DNA of 64,000 nucleotides from an uncultured Fibrobacteria bacterium (GTDB lineage Bacteria; Fibrobacterota; Fibrobacteria; UBA11236): NCBI GenBank assembly GCA_963716395.1, contig OY970309.1, positions 2,656,001 to 2,720,000 of the forward strand, read 5' to 3'. Shown piece by piece: positions 57,509 to 64,000 of this stretch (position 1 is its first letter; each line of letters starts with the position of its first letter). The notes under the pieces were generated by a model. It saw only the letters and a program-made list of their open reading frames with translations, ran no database searches and was not told where the DNA came from. The position numbers and the translations under genes were made by a program.

Positions 57509-58168
57509 CTACCAGCCGTCGCTGTCGGCGGTGGCCGATTCCTGCTTCTGTTCGGCCAACTCTTCTTGCCGGTGCAGGGCGGCCTGGTACTCGGCGTTGC
57601 GCGGCGTTTTGCCGCGGAAGTGATCGAGAATGGCGGCCAGCTTTTCCTCGGAAAAGGTCAGCTTCATCTGCTTGGTGATTTTGCCCTTGTAGCCCCAATT
57701 CTTCATCAGCGGCTCGGTCAATTCGAACGCGTCTTCGGGCGCATAGAAGTGCATCTCTTCCGACTGAAAGGCGTAGCAGGCGTCCATGTTCATGCATTCC
57801 GGCGGCGTGCCCGCGTTTTGCTCCATCCAACGGTGCACGTGGCGCTTGCGCACTTCCATCACCTTGTCGAGTCGCATCAGCCCGATGATGAGAAAGCGAC
57901 CGCGCAACTCTTCGCGCAACCCCTGGTAGCGCGTACCGAAGAGAAAATATCGGCGCCGGGCCTTCAGTGCCGCGGCGCGTGAGCGCGCTTCCAGGCATTG
58001 GATGAATCCGAAGGTGCCGGTTTCGTAATTGGGCTCCAGCATGGCCTCGCCGCGGGCGCCGGCGATTTCGCGCACCGGCAACTCCTGTGACCGCGCGGTG
58101 GTCAGGTGGATCAATACGCCTTCTTCCTTGCCGCGGTAATCCTGCCAATTACTCAAGTTCATCATCAT
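57509..58168 (-). CDS. Hypothetical protein (possible Nmad-like nucleotide-modification-associated domain)
   Basis: Strong GAGGAGG RBS; EPNYETGTFG...C...R...YFLF.T...IIG motif. Confidence 0.65.
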   Translation of the reverse strand: MMMNLSNWQDYRGKEEGVLIHLTTARSQELPVREIAGARGEAMLEPNYETGTFGFIQCLEARSRAAALKARRRYFLFGTRYQGLREELRGRFLIIGLMRLDKVMEVRKRHVHRWMEQNAGTPPECMNMDACYAFQSEEMHFYAPEDAFELTEPLMKNWGYKGKITKQMKLTFSEEKLAAILDHFRGKTPRNAEYQAALHRQEELAEQKQESATADSDGW

Positions 58169-58395
58169 GGCCTCCTCGCCGATGGGCCGCGCCCTGCGTC
58201 GGGCGGTTGCGGCCGCGTACGCTTTGCGCTTCGCTTGGGATTAAGAGATCGCCGCTAGAGGGGCGAAGAACGCTCGCGACGGTCGCAACCCGGCGCGCAG
58301 TCCGCTGCATCCGGAAAAGCAGCCCGAAGACGGGCTCCCGAAAGTACGGATTCTTCCCTCATGAGAAGGTCAATATAAAAAGCGGCGGAATTCGA

Positions 58396-59208
58396 TCAAA
58401 TTTCCACGCGCTGCGCCCGCACCGCGCGTCCCAAAAACAGCGAAGCCAGGCGATCAAAACCTTCGGTGCGATCGGTGGTGAGAAACCGTTCTTCGCCGTG
58501 TTGCGTCAGGCGCGATGCGATTTCGGGGTGGCGCCGCAAATAGTCGCCCAGGCTCGGGGCCACGAGATCGCCTTGCAGCAGGATGCGCGTGGCTTCGGGC
58601 ACCCGCCGCCGCAAGGCGGGCAGCAGCAGGGGATAATGCGTGCAGGCGAGCAGCAAGGCCTCGCTGCCGGGGCTTTGCGCCGCGGTTTCCCGCCAGTACT
58701 GGTCGAGAAAAAAGTCGAGGCCCGCTCCTGCTAATTCACCCGCCTCCACCAGCGGCACGAGCAACGGGCAGGCGATTTGCGTCAGGTGCAGGCTGGGGGC
58801 GAGTTTGGCGAGTTCCAGCGCATAGCTTTGCGAGCGCACTGTGGCAGCGGTGGCCCACAAGGCCACGCGGCTGCCGGCCGGGAGGCGCGCCAAGGCTTCG
58901 GCCGAGGGACGGACGATGCCCAGCACGCGCCGGTCGGGATAGTGCCCCGGCAGCCAGCGCTGCTGCAAGGTGCGCAGGGCCGTGGCCGAAGCGGTGTTGC
59001 AGGCGATGACGATGAGGCCGCAATCTTGCGCGAACAGGTGCGCCACGCCTTCGGTGGTGAAGCGCAAAACGGCTTCGAAAGAGCGGCTGCCGTACGGTGT
59101 GCGGGCATTGTCTCCCAGGTACAGATAGTCGTAACCGGGCAGGTGCGCGCGCACGGCGCGGTACACGGTGAGCCCGCCCAAGCCCGAATCGAAGATGCCG
59201 ATGCGCAT
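58396..59208 (-). CDS. murI: Glutamate racemase
   Basis: FDSGLGGLTV, PYG.R, IACNTA, LACTHYP; ATG 59208. Confidence 0.96.
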   Translation of the reverse strand: MRIGIFDSGLGGLTVYRAVRAHLPGYDYLYLGDNARTPYGSRSFEAVLRFTTEGVAHLFAQDCGLIVIACNTASATALRTLQQRWLPGHYPDRRVLGIVRPSAEALARLPAGSRVALWATAATVRSQSYALELAKLAPSLHLTQIACPLLVPLVEAGELAGAGLDFFLDQYWRETAAQSPGSEALLLACTHYPLLLPALRRRVPEATRILLQGDLVAPSLGDYLRRHPEIASRLTQHGEERFLTTDRTEGFDRLASLFLGRAVRAQRVEI

Positions 59209-59298
59209 TTTTCCCTGCCTTAGAGTTGCCTCAAAAGATGCTTTTTGCCCGGCCGGCCGCCGCAAATCTACGCTCGGGCCCTGCTATCTTATGGCCTC

Positions 59299-60504
59299 GT
59301 GGACGCGGGTAAGCTGAAGAGTTCGTGCATTTGCGGCAATGTCCTGCCGTATCTGCAATGTTGCGGCCAGTACGCGCAGCCGCCCGAGGCCGAAGGGGAA
59401 TCCCCCGACGGATGGAAGCGCTTCCGCCACGCCCTGCACGAGTTGTACATGTACCTGTTTCCCCTGCGCAACCTGTACCAGGCCTATTGGGAAAGGCTCA
59501 GCCACGAAGATTATCCGCATCATCTGCTCATGGCCGATCCCGAATACGCGCGCGCCGTGGTGGCCAATTTTTTCTGGGACTATTCGGTGCAGTTTTCCGA
59601 CGCGCGTCCCATACTCCGCGCTGCGCGCGACATCGAAGGCAAGGATTTACGCAGCGCCAACGACTTTCGCCAATGGGGCCTGGCGCCGGCCTGGCCGTAT
59701 CTGGTGGTGGAGTCCGGGGCGCAAAACGGCTATGTGCGCATGCTCGGGTCGGAAAAGCTTCAGCGGGTGGTGCATGGCGGCGAATTGTCCGCGCCCGGAA
59801 GCTATATCGTGGCCCGCATTCTGCCGTTTCGCGGCGAGGAATATCTGCATCCGGCGCTGCTGGTTTTTCCCGGCGAAGTTTCCGAACCCGCCCGCATGGA
59901 GGCGAAGTTGCGCGAACTCTGCCTCGCGTTGGGCGTGAAGTCGGGAGCGGGATTGCGGCCCGACGTGCAATGCGAAGAATGGCGGCAGCATGGCGCGCGC
60001 TTTCTCTCCTGGTGGCGGGGCTGCGTATACGACGTTGTGGTGGGAACACCGGCGCGCACCGTGAGCGTGTCGCCGGCCTTCTCGCTGCCGGGCGGCGACC
60101 TCGAATCCACGGCGCAGCGGCTGGAAGGCGCCGGGGTGGCGGTTCTGGGCAAAGGCCGTTTCGAGTTGCGTTACCGCGCCTTGGCGGTGGCGCGTTTGGA
60201 AATGCGCGAGAAAAATTTGCAAATCGTCTTGCTCGACCCCGCCTTTCGCGCCTATGTGCTGCGCTGGCTGGCCGACCACCTGGGTGCCTCCGAAGAGCCG
60301 CAGGAGGTTCGCTTGGAAGGCGAGGCCGATTCGCCCTCGACCCTGGACGCCTGGATGCATACGGCGCATTCCGAATTGAACGGCCAGACCCCGATTCAGG
60401 CCAGCATGCATGAGTTCGGCCGGCGGAAACTGCAATATCTGCTGCGCGATTTGGGGCAACGGGGGCGGGATGTTTCGGCCCTGCGCCGCCAATTGGGTTT
60501 GTGA
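59299..60504 (+). CDS. SEC-C-like motif protein with C-terminal DUF2384/Xre-antitoxin-like motif (start uncertain)
   Basis: CICG....Y..CCG at N-terminus; W......LNGQTP..A near C-terminus. Confidence 0.65.
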   Translation: MDAGKLKSSCICGNVLPYLQCCGQYAQPPEAEGESPDGWKRFRHALHELYMYLFPLRNLYQAYWERLSHEDYPHHLLMADPEYARAVVANFFWDYSVQFSDARPILRAARDIEGKDLRSANDFRQWGLAPAWPYLVVESGAQNGYVRMLGSEKLQRVVHGGELSAPGSYIVARILPFRGEEYLHPALLVFPGEVSEPARMEAKLRELCLALGVKSGAGLRPDVQCEEWRQHGARFLSWWRGCVYDVVVGTPARTVSVSPAFSLPGGDLESTAQRLEGAGVAVLGKGRFELRYRALAVARLEMREKNLQIVLLDPAFRAYVLRWLADHLGASEEPQEVRLEGEADSPSTLDAWMHTAHSELNGQTPIQASMHEFGRRKLQYLLRDLGQRGRDVSALRRQLGL

Positions 60505-62300
60505 TCGTGATCGCATTATTGTTCTTAGTGGCGGCCTCGGCGTGGGGCGCCGTCGATTCCAGCGCGCGCCTAGCGGCGCCCTTCGATTCGGTGCGGCGCT
60601 ACCTGACGCGGCCCAATGGTTTTCACGCCCAGGATTTCGACCTGCTCCTCAATTTCGGCCATCACGAGGTGCATCCGTTGCCGGCGGTGGAGCGCCTCTT
60701 GCGCGAACCCGCCTTTGTCGACACCTGTGTGCCACGCCTGCGCCACGATCTCGCCGACACCGACGCCACGGGCCGGCTGTCCGCCGATTCGCTGTGGCCC
60801 TGGCTGGGCGTCGCCGTTCCGCCCCCGGCGCCCGCAAGTCTGGCGGCCCGTCTGCACGGCGTTTCCGCCCATCTCGGCGCCTACCTGCAACCTCTGTCGG
60901 CGCGTGACCGGAGTTTTCTTGTGCGCGAGGGGCCGCCGCTGTTTCTGCACCATGAAGACGATACCAGCCTCAACGCCATTCAAGCCGAATCGCTGAGCCT
61001 GCGCGAAGACGCCATGGTGCGCCAGGTGATGCGTTTGGCGGGAAAATTGCCGGCCGCGCAATTGGCCGTCGCCGCCGCGGATTTGGAAAGCGCCGGCGCC
61101 GCCATTCTCGCCGAAACGCGGGCGCAAGGCTGGCGCAAAACCGCCGCGGACTTGCGGGCCTTGCGCCGCCAGGGAATTCCCGTCGACATCGGCGGCGAAG
61201 GCGATGATGTGCATCATGTCAGCCGCGGCATTATTTTCGATCCCGGCGGCAACGATCGCTACGAGTTTCCCAAAACCCCGCAACCGGGGGGTTGGTCGCT
61301 CATCATCGATCTGGCCGGCGACGACGAATACCATGCCGTCGACACCGCGGGCGGAGCGGCCGGATTTCTCTCGGTGCAGGTGGTGGTTGACCTGGGCGGC
61401 GACGACCGCTATCTCGGCCAGGATTTCGCCTTCGGCTCCGCGGTGATGGGGTACAGCCATTGGTTCGACGCCGGCGGCAACGATTTGTACCAGGCCCGCT
61501 GCGCGTCGCTGGGGTTCGCCTTCGAAGGCATCGGCGTGCTGGAAAACCGCGCGGGCAACGACGTGTATTCCTCGTATTACCTGTCGCAGGGTGCGGCCAT
61601 GACCGGCGGCTTGGGTGTTTTGCTCGATCGCGAAGGCAACGATCAATACCTGTCGCGCCCCGCCTTTGTCGACGACTTACGTTATCAAGATCACTTTTTG
61701 AGCCTGAGCCAGGGCTTCGCCACCGGCTTCGCGCCCGACTATCCCGGCGGCATCGGCGTGTTGTGGGATCGCAGCGGCGAAGATCTCTATGCCGCCGACA
61801 TTTTCGCCCAGGGCTCGGGATATTGGTTTTCGCTCGGCCTGCTCATGGACGACGCCGGGAATGATCAGTATCTGGCGCATCAATACGCCCAGGGCGCGGG
61901 CGTGCATTTCGCCGTGGGCGTGCTGTGGGATCGCGCCGGCGACGACACCCGGGTCAGCAAGGGAGTCAGTCAGGGCTGCGGGCATGACGGCGGTTTCGGC
62001 CTGTTGGTCGACGAGCGCGGCAACGACCGCACTTTCGGGGTCGACATGAGCTTGGGCGGCGGCAGCGCCGACGGTCTCGGCATCTACTGCGACTTCGGCG
62101 GCGAGGATCAATACGGCGCGGAAAATACCGCCATGACCTTGGGACACGGCGATATGCGCCGCGATCGGGGCAGTATGGGGTTCTTTCTCGACCTGGGCGG
62201 CAACGATCGCTATCCGCCGGGATTCGGCAACGACACGGCTTGGCACACCTACGACGGGATCCATCAAGGCTATGGATATGGGCGCGATGCGGGGCCTTGA
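60501..62300 (+). CDS. Secreted protein with ~12 D..G.D.Y glycine-rich repeats
   Basis: Signal peptide; repeated G.L.D..G.D.Y....QG.G units. Confidence 0.75.
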   Translation: MIVIALLFLVAASAWGAVDSSARLAAPFDSVRRYLTRPNGFHAQDFDLLLNFGHHEVHPLPAVERLLREPAFVDTCVPRLRHDLADTDATGRLSADSLWPWLGVAVPPPAPASLAARLHGVSAHLGAYLQPLSARDRSFLVREGPPLFLHHEDDTSLNAIQAESLSLREDAMVRQVMRLAGKLPAAQLAVAAADLESAGAAILAETRAQGWRKTAADLRALRRQGIPVDIGGEGDDVHHVSRGIIFDPGGNDRYEFPKTPQPGGWSLIIDLAGDDEYHAVDTAGGAAGFLSVQVVVDLGGDDRYLGQDFAFGSAVMGYSHWFDAGGNDLYQARCASLGFAFEGIGVLENRAGNDVYSSYYLSQGAAMTGGLGVLLDREGNDQYLSRPAFVDDLRYQDHFLSLSQGFATGFAPDYPGGIGVLWDRSGEDLYAADIFAQGSGYWFSLGLLMDDAGNDQYLAHQYAQGAGVHFAVGVLWDRAGDDTRVSKGVSQGCGHDGGFGLLVDERGNDRTFGVDMSLGGGSADGLGIYCDFGGEDQYGAENTAMTLGHGDMRRDRGSMGFFLDLGGNDRYPPGFGNDTAWHTYDGIHQGYGYGRDAGP

Positions 62301-63168
62301 AGGGTGTTTGGCCGCCTTGGCCTTGTGGGTAGGGGCTTCCGCCGCCGCGGCTCCGGTCGATTCCGGCTATTGGACGCCGCCGGTGTTTTCGCATCTCGAC
62401 AGCTTGTTCATCACGGCCGCCACGGGTGAGCCGCGCTTTGCGCCCCAGCGCGAGGCCGACGAAAAAGCTTTGCTGGCCCTGGATACGGTCACCTTGCGGT
62501 ATCTCCTCGATCATCGCCTGATCGATCAGACGCCGCGGCAGCACCATTATGTCGAGCATTTGTTTATCGCGCTCAGCGATTCCGGCCGGCGGCGCGCGCC
62601 GGGTCGTATGCTGGCCGCGGCCCTGCCCGGCGAACCCGACTCCATCCGCGCGCAATTGCTGTATATCGGATCGGAACTGGGCGATACCGCCTTTCGCCGT
62701 GCCGCCCTTCCCTGGCTGATGGCCGATTCGGAAAACGTGCGGCGCATGGCCGTGCGCTGCTTGGGCGCCTACCCCCAGTCCGGCAACCTTCCGCTTTTGT
62801 GGAACGGGCTTTCGCAGACTCGCGGCCTGGAATTGCAGGAACGCCTGTGGGCCCTGGAGGCGCAAGGCCCGTTACGGGACTGGAAAAAACTGCTCCCGCT
62901 TTTGCACGACGGGTATTTCTTCAACCGCCAGAAGGTGCGCGACCTGTTGCTCAAAGCCACGGACAGTTCGTGGGCCGCGCTGGCTCCGGCCGTGCCCGAT
63001 TCGCTCGACGACGCGCAGCGGCGCGAGTGGTGCCTGCTGGCGCTCGACGCTAAGGGCGGCGAAGCGTTTTGGCGCCGGGAATTGCCGCGGCTGCCGGTGG
63101 ACGAGCGCCCCTTGCCGGGGCAGTTCCGGCGGCCCGTCGGTAACCTCGAAGCCACCCCGGCGCGGTGA
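62272..63168 (+). CDS. Secreted HEAT-repeat-like protein
   Basis: Signal peptide; L.AD.ENVRR.AV..LG and LLPLL.D....R motifs; overlaps upstream gene. Confidence 0.65.
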   Translation: MDMGAMRGLEGCLAALALWVGASAAAAPVDSGYWTPPVFSHLDSLFITAATGEPRFAPQREADEKALLALDTVTLRYLLDHRLIDQTPRQHHYVEHLFIALSDSGRRRAPGRMLAAALPGEPDSIRAQLLYIGSELGDTAFRRAALPWLMADSENVRRMAVRCLGAYPQSGNLPLLWNGLSQTRGLELQERLWALEAQGPLRDWKKLLPLLHDGYFFNRQKVRDLLLKATDSSWAALAPAVPDSLDDAQRREWCLLALDAKGGEAFWRRELPRLPVDERPLPGQFRRPVGNLEATPAR

Positions 63169-63205
63169 GCGGGCCGCATGCTAAAATGGACTTTGGAGGT
63201 ATCCC

Positions 63206-64000
63206 GTGATCGCCGTTCCCGAATCCCGCGTCAACCCGTTTGCCGCCGTGAACCAGCGCGTCCTGCGCGCCGCCGAAGTGCTGGGCGTGAGCACGAATTA
63301 CCAGAAGCTGCTCACCACCTGCTGGCGCGAAGTCAAGGTGGCGCTGCCCATTCTCGACGATCGCGGCGAGCTGCGCGTGTTCGAAGGCTATCGCGTGCAC
63401 CACAACGGCGTGCGCGGGCCGTATAAGGGCGGCATCCGTTACCATCCCGAAGTCGACCTCGACGAGATCAAGGCGCTGGCCAGCCTGATGACCTGGAAAT
63501 GCGCGCTGGTCGACATTCCCTTCGGCGGCGCCAAAGGTGGCGTGGCCGTCGATCCCAAAACTCTGTCGGAGCGCGAACTGCAGGCCCTGACGCGGCGTTT
63601 TACGCACAGCTTGAAAAACGTGATCGGCCCCTACCACGACATTCCCGCGCCCGACATGGGCACCAATCCCAAGGTGATGGGGTGGATGCTCGACGCCTAC
63701 GGCCTGTTGCATGGGTATTCGCCGGCCGCGGTTACGGGCAAGCCCGTCAATCTCGGCGGCATTCCCGAGCGCAACGACGCTACGGGATTGGGCGTGGCCA
63801 TGATCACGCGCGGCATTCTGGCCGAGCATGGCGAGGCCCTGGCGGGGCAATCCGTGGCCGTGCAGGGATTCGGCAATGTCGGTTCATTCGCCGCCCTGCA
63901 TTTGCAGCGCATGGGCGCGCAGGTGAAAGCCGTCTCCGACGTGTCGGGCGTGCTGGTGCGCGATACCGGAATCGACGTGGAAGGACTGATGTCCAAACTC
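63206..64000 (+). CDS. gdhA: Glu/Leu/Phe/Val dehydrogenase (partial, runs off window end)
   Basis: Not in ORF track. GTG 63206 after GGAGG; GYRVHHN..RGPYKGGIRYHP, MTWK, PFGGAKGG, PAPDMGT, TGKP, QGFGNVG. Confidence 0.93.
   Translation, partial: MIAVPESRVNPFAAVNQRVLRAAEVLGVSTNYQKLLTTCWREVKVALPILDDRGELRVFEGYRVHHNGVRGPYKGGIRYHPEVDLDEIKALASLMTWKCALVDIPFGGAKGGVAVDPKTLSERELQALTRRFTHSLKNVIGPYHDIPAPDMGTNPKVMGWMLDAYGLLHGYSPAAVTGKPVNLGGIPERNDATGLGVAMITRGILAEHGEALAGQSVAVQGFGNVGSFAALHLQRMGAQVKAVSDVSGVLVRDTGIDVEGLMSKL

Overview
GC-rich bacterial chromosomal window, probably FCB group and most consistent with Fibrobacterota (inferred from T9SS-like C-terminal domains, a GldA/F/G-DUF4340 operon and an Omp28/DUF6029-type cassette; not verified). 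Housekeeping content: pdhA-pdhB-pdhC-lpdA-lipoate ligase, a sigma54-driven flgBC-fliEFGHI operon, an rrf2-cysH-cysK-moeB sulfur operon, mutL, rplY-pth, tRNA-Gln(TTG), ispE, argF, murI and a partial gdhA. Three accessory modules stand out. (1) An orphan type VI-type toxin locus: vgrG, DUF2169, a peptidoglycan-binding/HExxH metallopeptidase effector with a +1 frameshift, then three paralogous HEAT-repeat immunity candidates. An internally deleted orphan copy of the toxin 3' end sits between paralogues 1 and 2, and paralogue 3 is a chimera of the other two. (2) A thiol-redox envelope cassette (TlpA fused to a DUF6029-like barrel, a CxxC lipoprotein, a CxxC protein with a T9SS-like tail) located where prs normally sits between tRNA-Gln and rplY. 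(3) A kinase-less signalling module: a single-domain KaiC-like ATPase, two small 3-TM proteins and a stand-alone receiver. All family assignments come from motif recognition by eye, with no database search.
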